Below are positions 1 through 15,631 of a stretch of 64,000 nucleotides of DNA, in pieces (the stretch's first letter is position 1; each line of letters opens with the position of its first letter). The stretch is from Eledone cirrhosa (lineage: Eukaryota). A program made the translations under genes and the position numbers. The stretch lies in NCBI GenBank assembly GCA_964016885.1, contig OZ024745.1:78120001-78184000 (forward strand). The letters run 5' to 3'. The notes beneath the pieces were generated by a model. The model was not told the DNA's origin. It did no database searches and saw only the letters and a list, made by a program, of their open reading frames with translations.

Positions 1-338
1 GGAAACGACTGTAATTTGTATAGCTAGAAATCGCTCCAAGGGATTTATATTTACAAACTTCAGATTTTAGCCTACACTTTTTTTCTTTTTAATACTTTTA
101 CTATCATTTTACTGTTATTACATCGGCTTTTAATTTTCAAAAATTGATGACTGCATTCATCACCTGTGCATCTTACAACGTCTGTTTTTCTAATCCCCGT
201 ACGAAATATATCTTTTAGAATAAAAAAAAAATGAAATGGGATATAGTTTAAATACAATAAAACAATTTATCAAACTTCTCAGAAATTATTAATTTGTCAA
301 TGTAAACATTGTATAAAATTCAGAAAGCTACAAATGAT

Positions 339-459
339 ATTGGTTTCTGATTTAGGCACAAGGCCAGTTTTCGGGGAGGGGAAAGTCGATTAAATCGTCG
401 ACAGTGCATTACTGGTACTATATCTAACCATGGTCAGGAATTGAACTAAGATCGTAAAG
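339..459 (-). mobile_element. Degenerate tRNA-derived SINE, head-to-head with the next copy
   Basis: Reverse complement of the SINE tail (ggcacaaggccag...cagtgcattactggtac) and a B-box remnant (ttgaact). Confidence 0.7.
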
Positions 460-460
460 G

Positions 461-684
461 GGCAGTGGATCGACAGTATCGGTAGAGCACCCGATATTGT
501 GCTTTGTGACATAGAGTTACGGCTCTTTACGTTCTGTGATCAAATCCCGCCGAGGTTTGCTTTGCCTTTCAACCTTACGTGGCCAATAAAATAAAGCACC
601 TATAAGTACTGGGGTCGATTAAATCGACTTTCCCCTCCTCTTCAAATTGCTGGCCTTGTGCCTAAAGTAAAGACAATTATTATT
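461..684 (+). mobile_element. tRNA-derived SINE
   Basis: Head ggcagtggat...cagtatcggtagag, B-box-like gatcaaatcccgcc, central ctttgcctttc domain, tail gctggccttgtgcctaaagta...attattatt. Confidence 0.85.
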
Positions 685-1424
685 GCTGTTAAATTGATAA
701 CAACTTCTCTAAAATTTGTAATGTGAGATCGTACTTATTAATGAATAACACAATATGTATTTTCCACAATTAAACGCTAAAGTGTTTAATTTGGTAAAAG
801 TAAATCAAATTATTCTAACGTTGTGTTGCTTCCCTGTAAAATAATTCACCTCCATGTCACTATAGAAAAACTAACTGTTATAACTCTAAATACTTACTGG
901 TTCACTTTGACTATATATATGAAGGATATAAGTTATTTTATTTAACTATGATACTGGTACTATTTCACATAGATATTGCAGGAAATGTTGAGTATGTTGG
1001 AATTTGGGCGCAGAACCGAATGCAATCAACCTAAGTATAATAATGTTTTTATTATGGTGCTCTAATCACATACATTTTCCTAGTTTTTATTCGTGATATT
1101 AATTGTGCTCATGCGGATCCAGTCATAATCATTAATGTGGCGTTAATATTAACACTTTTTCACAAATTGATTCTTTTTCTCTTAGGGGAATCAAGAATCA
1201 TTTAGTGTTTATATATTATCAACAGTTGATCCCAATTTTAAAGTGGAATAGGAAAACAACAATCGTTAACATTACTTCCATTTTTATACATTACTTGTTA
1301 TCGTCTTTTTTTATTCTATGTTGAATTATTATATATGAAGATTGGGAGGTCAGACTTTCTAGATTGCAAAATTCCGGCGCTGCTTTCTGGTATCTACACC
1401 AAGATACTGGTATCCACACCAAAA

Positions 1425-1607
1425 GATTGGCAGTATCGGTAGAGCGTCGGACGCCATGCTTTCCAGCATAGTTATGTCCCTTTACGGTCTGAGTTCAAAT
1501 CCCGCCGAGGTTAACTTTGCCTTTCATCCTTACGGGGTCGATAAAATAAAGTACCAGTAATGTACTGGGTAATTGCTGGTCTTGTGCCAAAAAGTAGAAA
1601 CAATTAT
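1425..1607 (+). mobile_element. tRNA-derived SINE (young subfamily)
   Basis: A-box tggcagtatcgg, B-box gagttcaaatcc, central gcctttcatccttacggggtcgataaaataaagtaccag; near-identical to copies at 32437 and 58568. Confidence 0.9.
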
Positions 1608-2449
1608 ATGCAGAGGTGATCTGTATCAATATCGGAGTTGGAATGTATAATTGGTCACGCTAACATTTAACGGTTAAGTGTTTTATACATGAATGTGATA
1701 TATATTTATCATTGAATATAAAAGATTAACTATTCCCTATACCCTACCAACAAATCAATCTGAGAATCATTCTACCGAAGGTTACCTAATGAAATTAAGC
1801 ACCAAAATAGGAAATCTTTCTGTAGTGTAGCTCTGACCTAAATACCTAATCAACGAGTATTTATTTCACATTACTTATCCTCTTAATCTTATCATAGTTG
1901 ACCCTATCTACGGCATTTAAGTTATAAATAGTTACAATCGAGCGGAGTGAATCTTTTAAAAGTCATATTTCTAAGTGTAACATTACATTATTTTCGATGT
2001 TCATAAAAATCATTCATTGATGCGAGCATGGAATAAATTCAGAGAAGGATAAATTATTACAAGGCACGAAGAGACTACTCATAGCTGACGAGCCTTTAGA
2101 AGGGAAAATATGACCTTCTTATATTCCGACCTTGCGGTTAAAAATAGTAATAAGCATATAATAATAAGCAGATAATATTTTTATTGTTTTAATAATTAAA
2201 TAAGCTTTCATCTAATAACTGTCTACCTATTATTAGAATGGTCCCATGCACACAACATTTCTCAGTACTTCTATTACTCCACGCCAATATAGTTATTGTC
2301 GGATATGTTACCAAATGTTGATGAGATTCAAATACAATTGTTGCTGAGAGCAAACTTATCGATGAGCATATCAACCGATGGCACTTATGCAATTCATCGA
2401 ATTTCAAATGGCTATAAATTCTACCTTGATTAGGCACAACACTACTGAG

Positions 2450-2541
<92 letters not shown>

Positions 2542-2884
2542 CCTGTTGATCTTGTGGTTGTTAATCCTCCTTCATCGACCAACCATGATCATGTTATTCT
2601 TGGATGTATTTTTCTCTATTTAAGTACGGTTTGACTGTTAATGTTAGCAGATCGGAATATTATGTTGATGCACTTATCTAGGGCGTATATGTGTGTTCGT
2701 GTGTGGAGACAGGCATGCACTTCACAACAACAAGGTCATATAATATAAAAAGTTTAACGAATTACTGTAATTTTAAACTTTATACTTGTGCGTTCAGATT
2801 TTTAATAATCAAATATTCTGCTTGAAGAATTCTGTCAAATATATTATTCTTATCCCCACTACCACCACCACCACCCATAATTTC

Positions 2885-3150
2885 TTGTGAAGTCGTAGAG
2901 ACACCGTCATACGACGTGTCTAGGGCAATTTTAAATCTAGCAGAGCCCAACCCTCTCTAGATCTGAACACAGCTGATTTTTTTCTGTAGAAGAAGAATCG
3001 ACCCCAGTACTAGACTAGTACTTTTTTTTATCGACCTCGGCAGGATGAAAGACAAAATTAACCAGGACGAGATTTGAACTGAAAGCACGCAATGCGGTGG
3101 GACGAACACCGTATCACATTTTAGCCGACGTCTTAACGACTCTGCCAATT
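2885..3150 (-). mobile_element. SINE, alternative-tail subfamily
   Basis: Minus-strand head and central domain (gatttgaact, ggatgaaag, ttatcgacc) joined to a ~110-bp tail shared with 15120-15240 and 20235-20360. Confidence 0.7.
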
Positions 3151-3554
3151 CTTACCTTATGAAGTGCTTATATAAAATCTAACATATTCAACTCATCATG
3201 TATAAAATTGTTAATATCAACTATATTAAAACTCGTGTACAACACTTAGAGAAGTATAAGTCTTTGAGTACGGCGAAAGTACGCCTTAATGAGTAAGATA
3301 TTCTAAAATATTCTAAAGTTTATTTGGAGTTGTCTCCCGTTCTTGCCGACAAAAAAAAAATGTAGAAGCAATTATCTAATACTTAATACCTTAGCTACAT
3401 AATTAAGTCTAGTTAGCAATTTAATGTTTCTTGCACTAAATATGTTAACACTAATATAACTATTTGAAAGATTCGATTTAGAAATCTAGCATGAGCAAAG
3501 CATGCAATTCTAGAAACACTCGGACAAAATGCTAGAAAGAATAATATATATATA

Positions 3555-3629
<75 letters not shown>

Positions 3630-4333
3630 CTTTCTAACATTGACACATGTCAGGCCCTGTATTTATTTATATACTTATTCACATGCATACACTCTTAATC
3701 AAACACGTATACATACTTCACCATCATTTCAGTTACACAGAAAATATATATAAATGTGAACAATACATTGATCGCATCCAATAACTGTCGTGATGAAACA
3801 CGTAGACTGACACAAAAGACTGCAAAACTAAACGAATAGGCAAGAAGCATAAACAAACACAGCCGTATGATTTTTAGTAGCCCGCATCTATGAATATAAG
3901 GGACATAACTCTCATCAGCATTATACTACTCTTCCAAATCTGTCACGAGTTAATTTTCTTACCATACGCTTGTATTATTCTTTTGGTTCATATAAATATA
4001 TTGCTTTGCAATCAACACACACGCACGCACCCACGCACACGCACACGCACACGCACACACACACACGCGCACACACTCACTATAAATCGTACTTTAATTT
4101 TGTCCATCTTGTGTGGTCGATGTGTCAATGTTGGTCATGAAGTTGTCAACTTTTATGTATACATTCGCTTACAACGAAGAGAAATCGCAGCATATTTTCT
4201 TGAAACCTCATTGTACTACATATGAGTGTGTGTCCGAACACAAAGAAACCAAACTCCCACTGTCACTGCCTCCGTCTCTCCCGCTCCCCCAATCTCAAAA
4301 TTCCGGCGCTATATTCTGGTATCTACACCAAAA

Positions 4334-4419
4334 GATTGGCAGTATCAGTAGAGAGTCGGACGCCATGCTTGCCAGCATAGTTATGTCCCTTTACGGTCTG
4401 AGTTCAAATCCCGCCGAGG
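4334..4419 (+). mobile_element. 3'-truncated SINE head
   Basis: gattggcagtatcagtagag...gagttcaaatcccgccgagg, then an abrupt switch to unrelated sequence. Confidence 0.85.
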
Positions 4420-4690
4420 AATCTTCCCCGGAGGATGGTGAAGGAAGGGAGACCCCCTGGAAGAGCCACTCCAGCTCATGAGACTCACACCTGCGGGTAG
4501 TCAACGCAGTGCTGATGGCGACGAGAAAAGAGGTGGTTCTAAGACCAAGGACACCAGAAGACACCAATACTACGGGCTCGACTGCAAACCTATCGGAGAA
4601 CGACCGATATTTGGAGAATTTAACCTCCTCGAAGTGCAGCAGAGCCTCGATTAGTCGCAGAATGCACCAAGTTGCCGCTGGAAAATGTAC
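4420..4690 (-). pseudogene. CRE-like non-LTR retrotransposon restriction-like endonuclease (C-terminal) fragment
   Basis: Manual minus-strand translation with frameshifts: TFSSGNLVHSATNRGSAA / EEVKFSKYRSFSDRFAVEPVVLVSSGVLG...LEWLFQGVSL / TILRG. This matches the CRE-clade pattern AExxKxxKY...FxPxAxETxGxxG...LFQRISxAIxRGN. Confidence 0.7.
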
Positions 4691-5537
4691 TACATTAATT
4701 TTTAATATTCTATATAATATTCTTCATAATTTATAATATTCTCTAAAATATCCCTCACAAAACAAGGCGAATAACCATGGAAGCTTTGCTAATATCAGAA
4801 TCTAAACTATAATAGAGTAAGGAGTGCGGACTGCATCCAGAATATATTTGTTATCCCGTGTGTAAAATAAGTTGGATTACTTTGAATAAATAGTGAATGA
4901 ATATTACATAATTTATCTACTAAATTTTGTGGCTGTTCCTTAAATATATTTTATTAATTATTTTAATATTCACTTCTTTAAAATTTTAAAATGTCAACAC
5001 TTCCGGTTAGCGATCGCTTAAATAAACATTCATATATTTCCGTCACTAATTTTCTCCTAATGCAGTTTATATATATATCGTCTGTTTTTAATGTATCATG
5101 GATTACGTTACTGATTACATAAGACAGTGTAACGCAGTCTTCGTTCAATTTCTGTGTAAATTGTCAATTACGATTTTATTTGATGTATCATATCTACATG
5201 TATATATACTTGCGTATAATATAAATATAGACACTACACATGCTAGCAGAAAACCAACCGAAGGGTGGTTTGTCTGCAAGTAGATATAAAAAATTATAAC
5301 ACAGATACAGTAAACTTAAAATTGATTATGCTATGCTTCAAAAGCTGAAAAATTTGTATTTCCCACTATTCCCCTGATTCTTTACACTCACATGGGACCA
5401 ATACGCTATTAGTATGACCATTCTGACAATGAAATTAAAGGCCTCGAAATGTTAAGACAAACATGGATTTATGAATATATAAAGAACTAGTTAGGAAAAA
5501 TCCTTCATAAAATAGACACGACTACAGCATGGTCGAG

Positions 5538-7701
<2,164 letters not shown>

Positions 7702-8714
7702 AATAGAAAATATATAATAGAAAATTGAACTGACGTTGCATTTCAATCTTTCGTTTAAAGATGTTCGTCTCTAGTTCTATAATTCAATCTCCGTTGAATT
7801 AAATCGCTATTCATTTCAGATCCAATTTTTAATTCATACTGCTTGTCTAGCCGTTTTAATTTTTATACTGCATCTGGTATAATGATTTATTCTGATCATC
7901 TTTACTTATCGAGTGTGTTTAAACCTGAATGGTGAACCCCCTTTCCCACACTCCAACTTTAAAGTGTCCGATAACGAAAACAAAAGACAAAAAAAAACAA
8001 AGATTTAAGACAATACAGTAATTGAATACAAGCTGCAAACTTGAGATTTGCGAAATTATTTATTCATCATTTTCACTGTACATGTTTTATGTTACAACCC
8101 GACCATAGTGCAAAAACAGCTCCCCGGGTTTTAATGAATCATAGAGACTATCTCCGAAGGTTAAATCCACTTTTGTTTTAAGTAAGAATTACAGTTGATA
8201 CATGGTCAAAATATGTACATTTAGTACGTTGAAAATGATTTCTTTTGAAATTATATATTTATGACAATGATGTTGAAAATTCAACATGTTATCCAGTAAA
8301 ACATCTCAGTTCAATGAATCTTCAATGCTGTAACTGCATGACACGCATTTTGAAAACTGCATAGACAAAATAGAAGGGCAATGTCTGGGAGTATTAGATA
8401 TAATACTGTCTGCCTAGTCAATCACAAGATAAAATGTTGTAAATCAACCAGTTTCGATTTCACGAAGAAATATGAGCTCTCGGTGATTCTCATGAAATAC
8501 TTTATCGAGCTAGATACAACTCAACGTCACAAAAGCGGCAAATGAATAGACCTTCCAATTCAGAACACTACCCACATTTCTGGACAGAAGAAATGAGGGC
8601 AACTATTTGAAACGCGCATAGCGTTATTGGATAGATACATGTACACGATTGCTTTTCCTTTTTTTTTTTTAACAAATAAGGAATTTAGTGTTGAGCTATT
8701 GGCGCTTAAAAATG

Positions 8715-8759
<45 letters not shown>

Positions 8760-9189
8760 GGAAGGGTTGTATGTATGAGTATCTGTGTGTGTGTGTGTGT
8801 GTGTGCATCTGTATTTTTCTCATATTTCATATTTATGAACTATGAAGGATTGACATCCTTAAATATGACAAAAAAGCAAAGAAATTACTATGATAGAGTG
8901 TACGTTTTATATAACAAAGAAAGTATATTCATATTTCTTATAAAATCAAATATCACTATGAAATTACCCCCCCCCCCCCCCCCCCCCATGATTTCACCAG
9001 TGGACTAAATCTGGAAAGTGAAGCGTATTAAATGCCTCCTATTCAGCAAAATACAGCAACACGAATGAATGACAACAAATAAATAAACCTTTTAAAGCTC
9101 TTCCCTCCGTTCCCATGAAGACTAAATTTGCAGCTTTGAATTTACGATGTAATTTAACTGAGCATCTACGATTATACAAAACCTTCACA

Positions 9190-9790
9190 AAGCTTTTAAA
9201 TCCACTTCATTTCACTTCACTTTTCCCCCACAACCCTGCAGAGTCATTGAAGCGCTGTAAGGTGGAGAAGAGTATCATCTCCCTCCATCCATTTCTGATG
9301 CAAGCAAGATGCTATACGATAATTATTTCCTCTGACATCCCTCACTCTTTTCTCACCAACTATTCATTATAGGGTAGTCGTAATCAATTCATCAGATATT
9401 CTCACCTGAACATATCATCTCCTTTTTCTTACCTACTGAAGATTATTAGGTTACCTGTTTACCCTGCGAATGTTTTTGATGTTTATATGATCCGTCAGTA
9501 TGATTTTTTTTTTTTTTTTTGTGATTCCGCTGCGAGCGTCCACATCTTGCAAACATATGGAGAGTACTAGAAAACGCTTGAGTTTCAGTTTAGTTTTGAG
9601 ACTGATATTCTTGAGCAACTGTTGAATGAATATCCTCCTTTCAGCCTTCTTCGTTGATGATGGTGCCTAGGTATTTTAAATCAATTATCTTCAACTTCTG
9701 GCCTTTAACCATGTCTGGCCTTTAACCATTCTTCTTGGCTGTTTGTCATGGCTTTTGTCTTCTAAGAGTTGGTTTCCATTCCAATCTTTT
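9190..9790 (-). pseudogene. Degenerate RTE-clade LINE RT C-terminal fragment
   Basis: Minus-strand translation gives KIGMETNS*KTKAMT...DLKYLGTIINEEG...KNISLKTKLKL, the typical RTE RT thumb sequence, with many disruptions. Confidence 0.6.
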
Positions 9791-9852
9791 ATATTACATC
9801 TATATAAAGCGTATTTCTTTCTTTAAATACAAACTGTTTACTTATAAAGAAT

Positions 9853-9915
<63 letters not shown>

Positions 9916-9919
<4 letters not shown>

Positions 9920-10055
9920 AACGAGTAGGACCCCGACGGCTGAACTCAAGCCGTTTCGACGGCTAATTCTGGACTAAAATAGCCACTCTACTACCCTAAA
10001 TATTGAGTACTTTGGTGCGTTATGGTCCATCTAGTTCCTTACCACATTTCCTTCG

Positions 10056-10058
<3 letters not shown>
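9916..10058. mobile_element. Rearranged copy of half-hammerhead repeat family (PLE-like relic) within (TA)n
   Basis: Shares ggaacgagtaggaccccgacggctga...gccgtttcgacggcta and gagtactttggtgcgttatggtc with 31570-31758 and 48793-48986. Confidence 0.75.
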
Positions 10059-10111
<53 letters not shown>

Positions 10112-10214
10112 TTGTGTATAGTGGTAGCTATGGTGCTTCCATAGGCGGTATGCCAAAATTAGCACTCGATATTCATCATAGTAGAGTGATAAAATTTGCT
10201 CCGGATGAAACACC

Positions 10215-10305
10215 CGTGTCTGAAAGAACCCGCAGAAGTAGAATCAGCCAGATCTATACAAGGACCATGACTCGAGCTACATGCCGGCGAAACATTTGTA
10301 ACACG
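10215..10305 (+). ncRNA. Variant type-I hammerhead motif (CUGAAAGA core, long stem II)
   Basis: Stem I cgtgt/acacg; core CTGAAAGA (one extra A); stem II about 60 nt; GAAA at 10289; stem III ACA-UU-UGU; triplet GUA; AATAAA immediately downstream. Confidence 0.5.
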
Positions 10306-10347
10306 AAATAAACTAAGTCCAGATGCATCACTGATTTTTCGTTTTCT

Positions 10348-10380
<33 letters not shown>

Positions 10381-10386
<6 letters not shown>

Positions 10387-10825
10387 ATACTTTGGGAGGG
10401 TCATGTTGCCAATAAGAAACACACGCACCAGTAGCTTTCACTTCAATTTATTATATATTTATAAATTTATAAATTTACAAATTTACAAACTTACAAACCT
10501 ATAAATGGCGTAGGATAGAAGAAAGGAAAGGCACAGAAACAAAGAAAGGAATCCCCAGTCACTGAAGAGGTCACAGAGTGTGTGACGAAAGGACTATGAC
10601 TATATATATAAACAACTATCTGGTTGTGGAACCAACCAACCAACCAGAAATTTATAGGTTTGTAAGTTTGTAAATTTATAAATTTATAAATATATAATAA
10701 ATTGAAGTGAAAGCAACTGGTGCGTGTGTTTCTTATTGGCAACATGACCCTCCCAAAGTATAACAATATCGGTTTCAACACACGATTTCAGATAAAGAAT
10801 CTTGCTAAACAAATTCAGAAACGAA
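10381..10825. mobile_element. PLE-like relic with inverted terminal duplication, within (TA)n
   Basis: 10381-10506 is the reverse complement of about 10648-10768; an HHR lies between; same family at 28431-29136 and 35772-36051. Confidence 0.8.
10557..10601 (+). ncRNA. Minimal type-I hammerhead ribozyme motif
   Basis: agtca-CTGAAGA-g-gtcac(agagtgt)gtgac-GAAA-ggac-TA-tgact: 5-bp stem I, 5-bp stem II, tiny stem III, triplet CUA. Confidence 0.75.
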
Positions 10826-10882
10826 ATATATATATATAATTTAGGTGAAAGACCAAACCTTTTGTATCTCAAATTATTTTAT

Positions 10883-11003
10883 TATTTCTACGACCGTTTC
10901 GATTTAATTTATCAAATGTCCATGAAAAATTCAGTAATTTGCACACTGATTAATTAAATCAATAAACATTGCAATAAAATTTCATACATTTCCTCAGGAA
11001 ATA
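10883..11003 (-). ncRNA. Type-I hammerhead motif with extended stem II
   Basis: Minus strand: tatttc-CTGAGGA-(~90 nt)-GAAA-cggtcg-TA-gaaata; 6-bp stem I, triplet GUA. Confidence 0.65.
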
Positions 11004-11383
11004 GATTTTAGATTTGGGGAATAAATGTCACTATTACCCGATAGGCATGTAATAATCAGCAAATTACAGATATAAAGCGAAAACCGAATATGCGAGATAC
11101 ATAAGGAAGGCAGCGAAAAGTATTAATATTTAGCTTTATGCAACGTGATATAGGCAACAAAAATTTCTAGATACAGATAAGGAACACCTCATAGCCATAT
11201 AGAAAAGGTATATTACATAGATGATGACGTCAGTTTGATAACCGTTAAAAATACTTATTCACTAATATACTATGAAAAGAATACTGAAGTTCATTATACA
11301 GAATACATACATGCATACATACATACATACATACATACATACATACATACATACATACATACATACATAAGTGTGTGTGTGGG

Positions 11384-11433
<50 letters not shown>

Positions 11434-11552
11434 GTTAGACACGCAGTGACTAACAACAGAATGTTTTAAGTCTGCGTGCCTGTCTGACATGTGACATACA
11501 TGCGTAGCTTGTGAATAAAAAAAATCAAGGGGTATCGCTGGCCGTTCAATGT

Positions 11553-11723
11553 ATCGTCTTATTGGCTAATTTCATCGTCTTATTGGCTAATCAACCAACG
11601 AGAGTAATTGTTGCTCAAAAGCATCCACCACTTTGTTTCCACGTTTATTTATCGTTTTGCTTTCGATTCTTCCTCCAGTATTTCGTCGTTTATCATCAAA
11701 ATATTTTTCTCGTTTTGGTAAGT
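11553..11723 (+). promoter_or_regulatory. Candidate promoter (tandem inverted CCAAT boxes) with non-coding first exon and splice donor
   Basis: 18-bp atcgtcttattggctaat occurs twice (11553, 11574), each with ATTGG; CpG-containing pyrimidine-rich leader; TTG|GTAAGT at 11718. Confidence 0.3.
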
Positions 11724-11929
11724 TATATTGTTAATTTATATATGATTTTTTAAATTTATATTAACTATTAAAAGTCTGAAAATATGTTTATACATCTTAC
11801 AATAATATTTATAAGATCATTTACAAAATAACAATTATAAAATCTAATTACATTACAACGAGAATTTATTATTAATATATATCATGTTTAACTAGAGTTA
11901 TTACAAGCGTTGCCTTAAAAAAATATTAA

Positions 11930-12421
11930 ACTAGACCTGAAAAATGCGCAAGCTCAAAAGAGCCACAGAATGTTATAATAAACCTTCAAAAGTGTGGGAC
12001 TAGAGTTGTTGCTTAAAAATATTGTAATCATTATCTATCGTACACTCTGTGGCATCCTTTTATAATAACGAACTCAAGACGACACGATAATTATTTAAGT
12101 GAATTTATAATATAGAATTCGGTTTAAGTGCATTTCGTATTAATCATTACTAAACATCTAATATGAGATATTGAACATTAAACATCTAATATGAGATATT
12201 GAACACTAAACATCTAATATGAGATATTGAACATTAGCTTAAATAATTATCGTATCATCTTGAGTTCGTTATGAGTCTCTTTTTTTTATAAAAGGATGCC
12301 ACAGAGTGTACGATAGATAATGATTACAATATTTTTGAGCAACAACTCTAGTCCCACAATTTTTTATAATTGTTATAACATTCTGTGGCTCTTTTGAGGT
12401 TGCGCATTTTTCAGGTCTAGT
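11930..12421. mobile_element. Foldback/MITE-like element with ~170-bp inverted arms
   Basis: actagacctgaaaaatgcgcaa... mirrored by ...ttgcgcatttttcaggtctagt; the spacer holds 3 x 28-bp tandem repeats at 12151-12234. Confidence 0.85.
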
Positions 12422-12686
12422 ATATATATATATATACATAAAGCATTCTTAATATTGCTGTAGGCGATTGAAATTAAACAAGATTTCATGATAGCTTAAA
12501 CATTTCGACACTGCAGTATATTCAATATTTGCACCGAGCTGCCGATAACTTGATATATATTACCCGATGTCCATTCCACTGCATACACACTCACACTCTC
12601 TCTCTCTATCTCTCTCTCTATCTCTAACAGATATACATATATGCACACATACACATACATACACACACACGCACACACACACGCAC

Positions 12687-12823
<137 letters not shown>

Positions 12824-15119
12824 GCCTTCGCCTTTAATTAAATATAACGAAGCTAGAATCTGGAATCGCGTCAGCAAATAGATAAGCCGAAACATAAATA
12901 TATTTTATCATTCTCTTTTAATCTTTTTTCCCTAGTGTAAAGTAGAATGTTTCTTCTCTTTGCCTCTACCTCACTCAAAGGTATCGCATCTGCCTTTCGT
13001 TAGGGGAAGGTAAATTAATTAGATATAAATATCTTGACTTGGACTTTTCACTTCATACTAATCATTTTTGCCTGGAAGACAATGTCAATTTTTATCGTTT
13101 GAAATTTTGTAATTAAAAGGTTAATGTAATATATAAAATAAGCTTGAAGTAAAAGTTTAAACTACAATTTAGTGTTAAAATAGGACAGACTGTAATAATG
13201 AAAACAAAATCAAGGGAACGATTTTGAAAAAAAAATTATTTGATGAGGTAAATCAGTAAGACATCTGTGAAGTTCCCTCTTTAAGCAGGAAATAGAAAAC
13301 AGAAAATGATACCCATTAACCGGAAAATGATTATAATTACTGAAGAAAATAGAGTATACACTAACTTAGATTTTAACATTTCATTTACTGTGAAATTGTC
13401 CTTCCTTCACTCTCTGCAATGATGGGATCTTCATACGTACTACCAAAACATTCGCTTACTTCCTGTTTGTTTCGCTCTCATGTGACAACTTTCCTTTAAG
13501 TGATGAAACATGTGTTCTGTATCTTTTATTCGTGATGTTGTGAAGTATAGGGCCAAAATGCTTATTTGGTAAGAGACATTTTTTAAAATAATCTATGGCA
13601 TAAAATTCTAAAATCTAAGTATATGCAGCCACTTATCTGGTGTGCTCGCAAATTTGTGAATAAGGTTTCATTTTGTAATTGCAAAGTCCAATATAAAATA
13701 TGGTGGTTTTTGGCAGTTGTCAAAGGATCTGAATAAAATATGAACAACATCGCTGCATCACATGTCCCCTACATCGACTAGTTTCAAAATAATTACACAT
13801 AAGTAGATATACTGTAAAAAATAAAACAATAGGTAATAGAAGTACTTGACATGTATTAAAAATATACACTTGGTCTATGCATCCAGAAATCGGATGCTGT
13901 GACCAGGTGTACTGAATAGACGGATACATCTTCCTATACAATCATGACATAATTTATTATATTTTGTTAGATCACTAGACTTCTCTTCCCAGTTCGAGTC
14001 AGTGGGGCTGGACCGAGGGAGTGGCTCGACAATCTTCTCATTCCAATGGGGTAGAGCCCTCATCTGAGATGCCACATTTTGTGACACCTTTTCTAGCAGC
14101 AAACTGCTGCAGAGTTGGCCATCTGCAATGCGAGTCGCGTGGGTTGGTGGGTCTGTTCCAGTGCACCTCCCTCACCATCCTCCAGGACAATGTCTTCTCC
14201 ATCCTGTGGGCTGGGACCTCGAGGAGGACTGACCCTTATGTTTTATTTATGGGAGTGACATGTGGAAATGTTTTACTTGTATAAGTATGAGTAAGTCGAG
14301 AAACAAAACATGATTCAAATGGCTTCCAAAACTAATTAGGGAGCCATGAATTTGTTGATGACTTATGTTCACTAAACTATTTGAGAATGTTTACTCTCGT
14401 TATTCATCTTGTGTTTAGTACCTCATCTACAGCTACTTTCGTGCCGTCTACATCTTCTCTAAATGACAAGAAATAGGAAAATAATTAATCCGTTTATTAG
14501 AAACATTTTTCTCCAGATGAATTAGTAATTTATATAGCTTCGTAATTTATTTTGCCTTGTGAAGTTTTTACTATGTCCACCAAAGTTAACGGCGAATGCA
14601 TTGAATCATATGAAAATGATATGTTCCACTTCCCTAATGATTTAAATATACAAAATATTTATATCCCCTCAAGTAAACGTTAAAGGAAATGAGAGACATT
14701 TACTTTTGAAAGGATAGAAAGTAAGTGAGTGCAGATGAATTGGGAGTTAAGTTTCCATATATGACTATGTGATAATCAGCAAGTCAGTGTAGATTATAGA
14801 CATTACGTATCACATGTATATACATCAATTAATGTTAATCTTTTCATCTAGTTTATTACTGTAATGATTATAATCGGGATCAAACATTTCGCCTCCTATC
14901 CTTTTTCCTTTGAGAATGTTCCATCACTGAAGAGCACAACCAAGAATATTCTAATTGTCTATCGTAACCTCATTTATTCGGCCAAAGTAACCTATCGATT
15001 TTGCGAAGAAATGGGATGTGACATATGTTATCCAATGGATGAAAGACAAAATCGACTCTGTCAGTATTTGAGCTAAAATATAACCATCAGTCAATATTGA
15101 TGCTCTTCTTTAAACCCGA

Positions 15120-15236
15120 AACTCTTGGTGGAGTCGTGGGGGGCACCGAGGTGACATACAGCGTTTCTTGGGCATTTTAAGCCTAGCGTAGCCCATCTCC
15201 GCTCCAACACTGAACATAGCAGATTTCTTCCAGAGA

Positions 15237-15299
<63 letters not shown>

Positions 15300-15465
15300 C
15301 AAATCGACCCCAGTATTAGATTGGTACTTTTTTTATTGAACTCGAAAATGGGTTAAAAGGAAGGGTGACTTCGGGATTTGAACTCAGGGAGCAGAGAGTA
15401 GGGAACCGTAACGAATACCGTAAAACATTCTATCAATCGTTTTAGGGACTCAGTCAATTTGCCCT
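15120..15465 (-). mobile_element. SINE, alternative-tail subfamily, interrupted by (GA)n
   Basis: gggatttgaactcag head and atcgaccccagta...ggtact central domain; tail shared with 2885 and 20235. Confidence 0.7.
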
Positions 15466-15631
15466 CTCAATATTCAGTTTAGTTATTCCTTAATTAGCTT
15501 GATTTGAAACATTGTTTATTTTTAGATTACAAAGAAAGTGTTTAAAACATTCGTGTATCGCTGTTACGAAGAATATTATGAAAAGTTGTTTTTGATAGGA
15601 AATGAACACTGGACATGTGCACTGAATTAGA

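Noticed and set aside
14925-14960. CTGAAGA hammerhead core
   Set aside because: No stem II, GAAA or matching stem I; chance 7-mer.
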